Positions 24,706 to 35,500 of a stretch of DNA of 64,000 bases are shown piece after piece. The stretch covers positions 1,081,430-1,145,429 of the forward strand of contig NW_003314313.1 in assembly GCF_000143415.4 (NCBI RefSeq), given 5' to 3'. The DNA comes from Selaginella moellendorffii. Lineage: Eukaryota; Plantae; Lycopodiophyta. Under the pieces are notes generated by a model, which saw nothing but the letters and a program-made list of their open reading frames with translations, was not told where the DNA came from and did no database searches. The stretch's first letter is position 1, and each line of letters opens with the position of its first letter. A program made the translations under genes and the position numbers.

Positions 24706-24767
24706 GGAGGGGTCATTAACTTATTCGCACAAGGTCCCTCCGTTACTCATGCGACTCCTCGTTTCCC
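24706..24767 (-). promoter_or_regulatory. -1 programmed ribosomal frameshift signal (slippery heptamer plus H-type pseudoknot)
   Basis: G GGA AAC in the gag frame, 6-nt spacer, stem 1 UCGCAUGAG/CUUGUGCGA, stem 2 GGAGGG/CCCUCC. The -1 frame is the protease frame. Confidence 0.75.
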
Positions 24768-25838
24768 GGATGCATCTCGGTGTCAAAACCTTCCACCGCA
24801 GTAGCACCAACGGGACATTGCTGACGCCAAGGTCTCCACCCAGGAAATGGAGGTCGCCAATCCGGAAAGCACCGACAACACCGATAAGTATGACCAACTT
24901 CATCACACGCCCAGCAACGAACATCACGGCCACGACCACTTCCTTGCCCTTGTCCTTGGACTCGAGTAGCAGCAGCATCAACCTCCATTAGAACAGGACC
25001 ATCACTCATAGGAAGTGGAGCTGAAGAACGTGCAGCAAGAAGTGGAAGAGGCGATGTCTCATAACGTTGTGCCAAGCGAAGAGCATCGTCAAGGGTGGCA
25101 AGAGGAAGTGCATGCACAAGGCTGACAAGATCTTGACGAAGTGCTAGCCACAACATTCCTAGCTTGATCCGCTCCGACATATTGGGCTCCGCACGAAGCA
25201 AAAGACTTCGGAAACGAACGCCAAATTGCATCACCGACTCAAATGGCCCTTGGCAAAGACGATGCAATTGTTGGAAGGCATCGTCACAATCATCGGCATG
25301 TCCGAAGGCGCGTTTGAAGACGTCCGGAAGAACACTCCAATCCCCACGAGTGGCCGCACTCAATCCATTGTACCACTACAATGCCATCCCTTGGAGATAC
25401 GTGGGAAACTCACGCAAACGTCGAGCATCATCCCAAGAATGATATGTGGCAATCACCGTGAAGTGATTGAACCAATGGTACACATCATCCCCAGGATTCC
25501 CACAATAGAACTCCGGCCGAACGCGAGGATTGGCACCAAGAGCAGGAGGAGTTGGACCACGTGCCGTGAATGCCACCATCAATTGAGTTTGGTTGTTCAA
25601 TTGCAAGCGCATAGCATCAAGAAATTGGACTAATTGTTGCTCTAGAGTCAAAGGAGGAGATTGCTGATCTGCCATGAAGACGGATGAAGAAAGAGCAAAA
25701 GAAGAGAAATGACAAAAAATGAGAAGGAAATGGGAGATCTAGACAATGCAAAAAGCTAGATCTAAACCAAAATCCTGAAAGGGAAGAACAAAAGAAAGGA
25801 AATGGAAAAAGCTAGATCTAGACGATGCAAAAGCTAGA

Positions 25839-26473
25839 TCGTCCGCTACCATCTCCTGCCGTCATTCTTCACGTTTGGATTGCTCCGGACGCTGAAAGCT
25901 CCACTCACGATGCTGGCCACGTCTAACAGGAACTTTGAAGTGAATGCCAGCGGCGAGGGGCCTTCCGGGGGACTGGCGATTGTGACCGGGGTGTCCACCG
26001 CAAACGTGATTGCCACTCTCTTGGAGGACGATCCAGTCGGGGTGTATGCTCTCGACGCGGTGCTTCTTCCACCCGAGATCTTCCCACTCCACTCCACGCT
26101 GCCCGCCAGCATTGCACCGTCGCCTACTCCTCCGGCCACCGTTCCACCACCAAAGGCTGTTCAAGCGCCAGCTCCGGCTCCAAAGCCGGCTCCACCACCT
26201 TCGCCTTCGTCTTCTCCTTCTCCACCACCACCCGCGGCTTCTCCTTCTCCACCACCCGTGGCTACGTCTCCTCCTCCCGTGCAGAGCTCATCAAATTCCT
26301 CCTCGTCGAGCTCCTCGAGCTCGTCTCCGGCAGCCGAAAATGGGACTAGTGCCGAGGCCCCAGTCGCCGCAGAAGGTCCACTGGCGGAAAGGTCCGACAC
26401 CCGGAAGTTTGGTGAGAGTTTCTTTGGTGGATTTTTGCCAGCTGCACTTGCTACTACTGCGTTGCTCTTTTGA
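25839..26473 (+). pseudogene. 5'-truncated FLA copy lacking promoter, signal peptide, FAS1-1 and half of FAS1-2
   Basis: Begins mid-domain at VRYHLLP, fused to retroelement leader sequence. Several substitutions and 9 extra codons in the Pro-rich tract relative to copy A. Confidence 0.9.
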
Positions 26474-27076
26474 TATGAAAGGTTTGTACTACAACTAGTT
26501 TTCTTGGAGGAGAGACATTGTAACAACTTTAGTGCAGTAGCGTTGAGTTTACATCATGTAATTTTTTTTAATGACAATGAGAATGTTTTAAGTCCGTCAT
26601 GGAGGTTTAGGGTTTGCGACGCGGTAAGGTTGATACTGGGACCACTCGGTGTTGGAACACTCCTTGACGCCAGCGCATCGGTCTACAAATGCAAGAGTGG
26701 TGCTCGATCACTCCAAGACTGTAGAGACAAGTTCAGAGGTGCCAGCTGTCCGCGGCCGAGAAGAGGCGGGAGGTGCGAGAAGCGCGGCAACAGGAGTGAA
26801 AGAACGAGGGCAGCTAAAGGTGGCAGGAAGAGGAGAAGACGAAGCAAATGGAGATCTGCGCAGAGCTCGTCCGTGGTGGGACGAAGCTTCCGCGGCAATG
26901 CCATGTTATGATTTTAATCGAGTCTAAAACACGTCATCATGTGTTATTCGAACACGCAACCTTCTGATCTGGAGTCAGACTTGCGCCACGGATCCTTTCA
27001 CGGCGGGTTCATCCACTATGAGCTACTCGGACGATATATTCAATAACTTCATCATTTATAAATCATAGACATCAAA

Positions 27077-27440
27077 TTATTTTCGACTTGGGAATTGTAG
27101 AGCTGCAAAATGCACAGAGTAATCTTAGATCAGCCCGAAAAGATGCTTGTTTCATACCTCCACAAGTTCTTGGCAAGGGCCTATTGCAAGCCGATGCCAT
27201 GGCCTGGATACGTTGCTTGTTGACCGCATCGGCGATCTGGGGCGTGACTTTGGGACACAAACACCCGTCCGACACCGCTCTAGCGGCTCCGCAGCAGCCA
27301 GCGCTGGGAGGGCTTCCATTCACGTAAGAACCCGAGCATTGCGATACCACCGTCGTCACCAAACCATTGCAATCTTGTCCGCGAACAGCAATCGCCCAAA
27401 GCATCACTAGCAAGACGAAGGAGGTGCGTGGAAAAGCCAT
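27077..27440 (-). CDS. nsLTP / 8-Cys protein, copy B
   Basis: As copy A with 5 amino-acid differences in exon 1. The spliced C-terminus reads RTCGALQFPSRK*. Confidence 0.85.
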
Positions 27441-27724
27441 CTTAATTTCTCACAATTCCAGAATGCCCTCTTTCTAAGTCTTGCTTCCACTGGATCTCAC
27501 GAAGAAGAGAGCTCACATTTAAAGCATCCATCACACGGACTCTTGCCGTCTAGATCACGTCTTTGGTCCTGGTCTTGGTCCTTGGTCTTAAAACTCGGAA
27601 AAATCAAACGATCAAATTCATGGAAACATCCCGCGGGAATTTTCAAACCAACGTTTTCAAATTCAAATATTTGAGCGGGAAGGAATATTACAAAGCACAC
27701 AAAGTAGTATAATCCTTTGATCAT

Positions 27725-28159
27725 TCATGGCTGATCCACCTCGTGTCCATGGTGCCACCCTCCACCGCGTCCGTATCCTCCACGCCCATATCCGTACCCA
27801 GGTCCGTAGCCACCATAGCCGGGTCCATAGTATCCGCCATGGCCCGGTCCGTACCCACCACCGTATCCCGGCCCATAGCCACCATATCCCGGTCCATAGC
27901 CACCACCACCATACCCCGGCCCATAGCCACCACCACGCCCGTACCCGCCGTATCCCGGCCCATACCCGCCATAGCCTCCTCGTCCATAACCATCGTCGTC
28001 ATCGTGGTGGAGTGACTTTGTAGCGGCGTCGTTGTTCTTGAGCTCCTCGTCCTTCTCGGGGTTCTCGGCGAGATCTCTGGCGCTGGACACGAGCAAGAAG
28101 GCGAGATTGAGAAGTAGCAGCACGGCCAGGAGCTGCTGCAAGGCCTTGGAAAGAGCCAT
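27725..28159 (-). CDS. Secreted Gly/Tyr-rich protein (GRP), copy B
   Basis: Translation identical to 9644-10078. Confidence 0.88.
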   Translation of the reverse strand: MALSKALQQLLAVLLLLNLAFLLVSSARDLAENPEKDEELKNNDAATKSLHHDDDDGYGRGGYGGYGPGYGGYGRGGGYGPGYGGGGYGPGYGGYGPGYGGGYGPGHGGYYGPGYGGYGPGYGYGRGGYGRGGGWHHGHEVDQP

Positions 28160-28526
28160 TTTGTAGTTTCCTCCTTGGAGACGGAGACTTCCTCTCCTGA
28201 CAAACAAACGCTGTGATGCAATACGCGAGAAAGATCTAGGGAAAAGGGGGCCTGGAAGGAATGCTTGGATTTGGAGGATCGAGCAATGTTTTATAGAGCC
28301 CAGGGAAATGATCGTCGCGTTGACGCGCGTTGACATGGGGGTCAACCGCGTTTTATCTGGTTTGGTTGGGTGTCGGTGAGTGAATGCCAGTGAATCGCGA
28401 CCACGAGACCCTTGCGGCCTGTGTAGAGACAGAGATTTCTCTCTTCGTGGAAGCAAGTCAGCCGCAATTCTACCATGGCAGCTTTTAAATCTATCCAATT
28501 TATAGAGGGTTGACTTTCTCGCGCTC

Positions 28527-28976
28527 TCATTGACTCTTTGACTGGGTCAAAGGCTTTTGTTTGTGCTTGTCAGACTTATCTTGTGGATATGTGGTGGCTG
28601 GATCGAACTCGTTCTTGGCGTTAAAGTATTGGGATCCAAGTGCCGCTGCTCCAAATCCCCAGCCAAGCCCAATCCCCACCCCACATCCACCACCTTCAAA
28701 GCAAAGTATTAGAAAACGTGAGAGATCTCACTCACCTATGCCGAGTCCCATTGTTGGTATCGACACTCCTGCAATTGAGCTTGAAAATCTAAGAAAACAG
28801 AGAAGATGTAGAGGAATACGTATACCTCCGAATCCCCATCCAATCCCAAAACCACACCCAATTCCAATACCTGCTTGAAGTTCCATTGCGGAGTTATCCA
28901 TTGCGGAATGATGGAAATTGAGATTCATGGACTTACCAAAACCGACACCCTGTCCTGCAAATGCGCTCATCACCAT
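28527..28976 (-). CDS. TGD5: TGD5-like protein, copy B
   Basis: Appears identical to 10446-10895 (offset 18081). Confidence 0.8.
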
Positions 28977-29181
28977 CTCTGCCAGATCAAAGAAATCCTT
29001 CGGATACGTCTCTAAGTTCGTACACAAAAGTTGGGTGTATAGTTCTTTATCTCTAGTCTTGAAGTAGTGACAGGAGCAAACGATAAATTTGAGTGTCAGT
29101 TACAAGAAAGGAAGCACAAACCGTTAAGAATCGCTTCGTAAAGTCTAGCTTAGTGTCCTTGTTTTCTGCAAAAGAATCATC

Positions 29182-30801
29182 TCATTGCCTGGAAGAACAA
29201 AGTCTCTCTACCTGTCGAAGCTTGACTTCCCTGTTGTGGAGAACTCCATCTCTTCTGAGTGCCATGGGATTCACCCCCGCTTTGTGGGCCGCAACAACAC
29301 CTAAAGCCTCCCAATAGTTGGCTGCTCTCACCTGAACAAAAGTATGATTTCAAGAGGACGATTTGCAAAGAAAGAAAAGCTCTTACTGCTTCGATTTGTA
29401 GCTTCTCCGGAGTGTCATTCAAGACGGTCACGTTCTCCTCCACAGCAATAATCAGAGGCTGTGGCACGAGAAACGAGAATCAGGATTGGCGCGCACTAGT
29501 AAGGAACTGTTTATAAATGACGTACCTTTTGTCGAGCCTTTTTACTGAATGCACGAACTCCGTCGCCTCCACAGGCGTTCACCGGCACTAGCACTGCATC
29601 GACGTCCTCGGCCCATATCCGGTGAGGTCTGTGATCGCTGTCCCTGCTAACATATTGAGGAGCCTTGCTTAATCCCGCGAGAACGCTAGGAAGAAAGGTG
29701 TATCCAATCTGGAAGCAACATACATTGAGCTTTAAGAGAAGAGAAGAACAGCGTCCTTACCTCTTCCGCGGCAGATCTAGGAGAAACAGACGAATCGAAT
29801 GGCAAAGGAGCCAATGCTGGTGCGTGCGCGCAAGGGATGTGAAACTCACTCACCACCATTTTACTAATCACAGCCTCGACTCCAGCCAGAGCATCGACAC
29901 CCTGTTTCGAGGATAGTTTAGTTTCGTCACGAGGTCTTTGAAACTGAAGAATGGTATACCTGACCTTGCCTATAGTCTTTCAACACCTCCACATCGTCGT
30001 CTGGAAAGCGTGCTACCACGGCTACAGCATCGATCGCAGCATCTCTGACAAGTTTCTCTACAGCTCGTAGCAAAGAATCAGAGCGGGCAATGCGACCAGT
30101 AGAAGCACCGGTTTTGCCATCGATCCACTTCTCAACCTGGCATATATATTTTCGAGTCGTCTTTGGCCTTGAAAGCAAGAAAGGAAGAAAAATGCTAAGA
30201 GCTATAAGCAGTACCTGGAGTGATGCGTCAGTGACGACGTGCTCGAAAATCGAAGTTCCAAGAGTTGCAGCAGCAGCATCAGCCACTTGTAGATGTCTCA
30301 GTCGCAAATCCTGCTCAATCCCGGCGTCGAGGACGAGACCGACTTTGTTCCGGTGGACGGGGCTGAGACCCCAGGCACCAGCGGCAAACCGATCGAGAGC
30401 GTAGCCTTCGACGTACAAGGCGTTGCTCATCGGCCAGTAAAGCATAGCTCCATTCAGCACCTAAGCCAAAAAAGCTAAGCTCTCTAGCTTAGAAATTTTC
30501 TAGACACTTACATTTGGATGTGTGATGAGACAATCGACGATGGAAGCCAGAGCTCTGGCGACGGGGAGAGCATCGCCTGCGTATCCGCCAATGCAGGCCC
30601 CAGTTCCAGTCGGGACGATCAGCACAGCCGTGTATGGCCGCGACGCAAAAGCCTGGCAATCAAAATGTTAATGGATCAAATCGATCGATGACATACCGGA
30701 GCAAAGAATGCCGTTGCTGCAGCCGTGCGCTTCTGCCTCCGCGATGCTAGCCCCGGCGCCCAGAATCCTCGAGGAGCCGGGAGCAATCCACACAGCAGCA
30801 T
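29182..30801 (-). CDS. DUF3326 family protein, copy B
   Basis: Appears identical to 11101-12720 (offset 18081). Confidence 0.85.
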
Positions 30802-32019
30802 TGGATTGGATAAGCCCTAAAATTTCACATAGGGGCTAGTTTATATCTTTCGCGCCATTTCGCCAGTTCTAGAGAGCAAGTTCTGGGGGGCTTTTACATG
30901 GGCTTCAAGGAATAAAATGTGTACACAGTGTTTACAACAGCTCCAATTCCAGACTGGGATGTTGGAGAACTGTTCACGAATGTTGATGCAAAACATGGGT
31001 GGGGGCAACATCACCTTGAATTTGCTATTAGAATTAGAATGATCCAAAATATGTAAGTCTGTTCAGTAGCATGGTTTGTTGTCACCCATGTCTATTTCAA
31101 AAGGTTCTGGTTTATGCAGCTAAGTTGTTTGTGATCATTGCAAATGGAAATTGTTTCTGCAGCCTTATTATTTAATATATATATATATATATAAATATAT
31201 AAAATAAACTCTATAATAGCTCATGAGTAATTGCTTATATAACTGTATGACATTTAGTTCATACCCTAATGACGTTAAGAAAAAATAAAAGTATAATTTT
31301 TATATTAGAGCCAATCTAAAAAAGAAAAAGAAAAAGCTAAACCATCTGAATTTGAAACTTTTGTACATTTTACTTCACTGACATTATCAATGTTGGCATT
31401 TTGCTCTTGATTACCACTTTGGTTTTGCTCAGCAAAATATCATTCTCAATATCATTTTCAATTTAATTTTCAATTTGTAAATAAAACCTATTTGAGAAGA
31501 AAAATATTTTAAAAAAGATTTGGTTTTCCCATACTAAATACTTCTTTTTGCAATGCAATAATAAAATTTTTCTATGACACAATCAATTAAACATAATTTA
31601 TATTTCTATATTTGTTTATGGTAAGTCTTTTGAGTTAAACAATCTTAACCATATTAAAAGAAGTAGGTTGAAGCTTAGAGTTAATCTTTATTTTCTTGGA
31701 TTTCATTATTGACATCGTAGTTGAGAAAAGTAATTCTTGCAAAACCCTACTCAAATGAACTTGCAGAGTTTTCAACTTTTAGGTTATAATACCCCAAAAT
31801 TTTGAATTCAAGCAGGAATATAAATATGCATATGTTATGTTTTATGAGTGGAGTTATTATGAAAAATAAATATTAAATATTTGATTCTTAAATTACATTT
31901 ACAATCATTTTAGCCTCTTATTTATGTTCTAATATAAAATTATTATCCTTTATATATTCATTTATTTTTGTTCTACATAAAAATATAAAATTTAAAAGCT
32001 TATTACTTACTGGCAAAGC

Positions 32020-32480
32020 ACTACAACCATGTCACCACCACTCTTGCAGTTTGTCTCCATGGTTTTCATAAGAGACGCTGGCTCCAAATGGCCAGATTGG
32101 CAATCACGCACAAATCTTCAGCTAGAAGCACCAAGTTCTCGCTGGTCTTCCTACATCACAACCTCTAGTGCTGTGCTGCTCCTCCCTCACCATGGACCAA
32201 TCTTGGTCTGCTTTTCCTACAGCCCCTGCAGGTCATACTACCTGGTTGGCAATCCGCTACACCCAAGTTCCAGTATGACAAAGTAATCTCAGTTACTGGT
32301 CTCTGGCCGCTTCAAGCATGGTTCTACGATTCCGCAACCGACTTGTGGACCGCTTCCACCCTTTCGTTCAGTGCGAGATTGTGCGTGGGAGACAGTGTGT
32401 GGTATTTGCTCGACTGGATGTCGATGCGGGTGCGTGGGAGATGACTCTCGCTTCACGGCACCTTTTCTTCTTCGAGGAGA
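32020..32480 (+). pseudogene. Decayed F-box-associated-like fragment (copy 2 of 3)
   Basis: Counterpart of 14030-14500 with different indels; CRSYYLVGNPL is visible. Confidence 0.4.
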
Positions 32481-32543
32481 TACAATCTTCAAAAATGCTC
32501 TTATCATAATCAATTATCCATTGCAAATATTTAGGGCTTGGGC

Positions 32544-35500
32544 ATGGAGGAAGCCCGGCAGGCGCTGGGTGATGGTCGATTCCCCGACGCTGTCAAGCTC
32601 TGCAAGCAGCTACTCAAGCACGATCGCCGCAACTACGATGGATTCGTGGTCCTGGGCCTGGCGCTCGTCCGCAGCTCGCAGCATCTGGATCAGGCCGAAA
32701 TGTCGCTCAAGAAGGCCATCTCTCTCGATCCATCCGCATTGCCGGCGTACCAGGTAAGCATTGCTTGCTAGATTCGTCCAGAGTTCCACTAGGGATTAAG
32801 CAGGCTATGGTCGAGCTGCGGGAATCGATGGGAAGCTCACCAGACTTGCTTGCCGAATCGATCCAAGCAGCTCTGGATGTGGCCAGGGCGCGGAACCAGA
32901 GTGCGCTTGCGGCGGATTTGATGCGGAAGCTTGCACGGACATTCTCAGCTGGACACAAGCACGATCAAGCGAAAGCTGCTTGGGGCCAAGTTCTCGACAT
33001 GGAAGTAAGTCGAGAGCAACGGGTTGAGGCCCTCTCTGGAATTGTGGACGCGCACATAGCAGCTGGCAAAGGAGCGAAAGAATGCGAAGCAACTGGAGAG
33101 GAAGAAACACAAGCTATGGTGTCACACCTTGAAGAGCTTGTCTCCATGCTACCTTACGTTGAGATCTACCGGGAACTTTTGTTGGCACTTCTTGCTTGCA
33201 AAGCTCGTCGAGGTACCGCCCAGTGGAAATCTTCTGACGGTCTCGCTGACAGGAGCTTTTTTTCCAGGGGAGCAAACGAAAAAGGATCTCTTGAAGCACT
33301 CCCGAGAAATGCTATCAACTTGTCCCTCGACAATGGCGGCCGATGTGCTTGTGGCCATGGCTGAAGAGGACGATGCGGAAGAACTTTTCGAGGATTTTGA
33401 AACGGGAGAAGCGAGCTTTCGTGTCTGGATCGGAAAGCACGTTGCTCATCTATATCCTGGAAGGGGTATCACACTAGCTTCATCCAAGTGTAAAACTTCT
33501 AGGTGAAAGGCAGCTCTAGCGGCGATCGGTACTGACCAACAGTTCTTTTGCAGGAAGATGCTGGCAGAGTGGGATGTTTCATGTGACGAAAACTCAATCT
33601 CTGGGTATGTATACCTTCTCTTGTTTGTTTTTTATATCCAAGCGTTTAAGCAGGTGTCGGATGCTGGCAAAAGAACTTGTGTCCGAAGGGCTGTTTGAGA
33701 AAGCTTCTGAGCGAGTAGGAAAGGGTCTAGCTTCTATAGCGCTCAAACGAAGGTCATACGGACTAGTTCTGAAGGCAGCTGAACTGGACCTGCGCCTAGT
33801 TCTTGGAGGCTTACTTCTGCTCAAACAGAACCACGACGAGGCTGCTCGTGTGTTTATGAATGTCTCGGAGGTATTTCTGCGGTTTTTTTTCAATGTCTTT
33901 TTCTAAATTGCAATCCATCCAGGAGGCCAAGTCCCTGCCGGAACAACGGAGCAGAATTATCATTGGTGAGGCTTTCCAGGTTAACTCGTTTTACTTTTGT
34001 AAAAGGTTCATATACTTAAATAATCTGTACGTCCCAGGGATTGGTAAAGCTCTCACTTGCTATGAAGGAAAGGGATGTCGCAAAGTCCAGGCTTGATCAA
34101 ATTCTGCGACAGGATCCTAAAGATCACTGGGCACTTTCTGAGAGAGGTTGGCTCGCTTTCGAAACCAGTTCCTTCAACCAAGCAAAGGCAGACTTGGAGA
34201 ATGCTGTTTCTGCATGCCAGGAATCTGCTATTTACCACTACCGTTTGGTATGCATAATGTGCTGTATTACCATGACAAAGATGGACGTTTCAGGGACGCG
34301 TTTATTGGGAAACCGAAGATATGAAGGAGAAAGCAGCACACGAATTTGTTGAATCTGCAAAACTTGACCCCAGTCGAGCTGATACGTTCATCTACTTGGG
34401 CCACTACTACAGAGAGCTTGCAAAAGATCTTCGAAGGGCAGTTCGCTGCTACCAAAAGGCTGTGGCTTTGGACGCCGAAAATGAAGCGACGGGAGTAAGC
34501 AATCGCCTGTCCTGTTGTCCATGCTGACATCATTTATAAGCTTGTTCAGGAAATGCTTTGTGACATCCTTGATCATGGGGGGCAGTTTTCAATGGAAAAG
34601 AACATTTGTGAAGAGGCTTCAAAAAAATCACCTCGTGCATTTTGGGCATGGCGGCGTCTTGGATTTATTCAGGTGCGAGCCTTCTTATAGTGCTTCGGGC
34701 CATCAGCTCAAACTTCGCGCAGGTAGCGGAACGGAAGTGGTCAGAGGCAATATCGAGCACGCAATATGGTCTTCGCGGATATCCGACTGATTCCCGCCTT
34801 TGGGAGGTAAGCCATGTAACCGTCGGTTAAGCTGTGACATCTTTGTGTTTTGTTCAGGCTCTAGCACTGTCCTATAAAAGGCTAGGCATGCTTACTGCCG
34901 CGTCGAAGGTTCGATTTCTGTTTTATCGTCTGAGCTGACGTTCTATCCTTAGGCTTTTGGTCGTGCATTTGACCTTGACAACAGTAGCCTGTTCGCTGCT
35001 CTTGAAATGGGAGCTATCGACCTTGCCTTGTCCGCATTTTCTAAGGTGTTTTGTTCTTCTACTGGTCACGTTTTCTTACAAAGCTACTATCTACAGGCCA
35101 CCCGAGCGTATCGTGAAGCCTTGCGTATCTCTCCTGGTGAGCTCATTGCTATTCATGGCCTCGTATCTTCCTTACTTGGTCAAGCTCGGGAGTGCTTTAC
35201 TCAGGGTGCGTTTTGGTGGTGTGCTACAATCTTGAAGGTAAGCTGTTTTCTCTAGTAGGCCACAAGTTTTTTAACTCAAGGCTCTCAGGAGGCAATTGAT
35301 TTAGCCATTGGAAGCAGGTCGATGTATGGGCATTTGGTTGNNNNNNNNNNNNNNNNNNNNNNNNNNNNNNNNNNNNNNNNNNNNNNNNNNNNNNNNNNNN
35401 NNNNNNNNNNNNNNNNNNNNNNNNNNNNNNNNNNNNNNNNCTTATTTTTCCTGTTGCAGTTGATGTACGCGCAGTCGTTGCCTTTTGAATCAGCAGATCC

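Larger units (their letters stand above)
21080..25840 (-). mobile_element. Decayed Ty3/gypsy LTR retrotransposon with 3' LTR and PPT; 5' LTR and PBS missing
   Basis: gag from 25675 with CWAC-x4-H-x4-C knuckle, protease VLVDTGSS, RT (RFCIDYR, KLDLASGY, MPFGL, FIDD), RNase H (VDASD), integrase (HHCC, SDNG, AYHPQSDG, WKGPY) in gypsy order. In-frame stops and frameshifts. PPT GAGAGGAGGGGA at about 21258-21269. No chromodomain seen. Confidence 0.95.
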
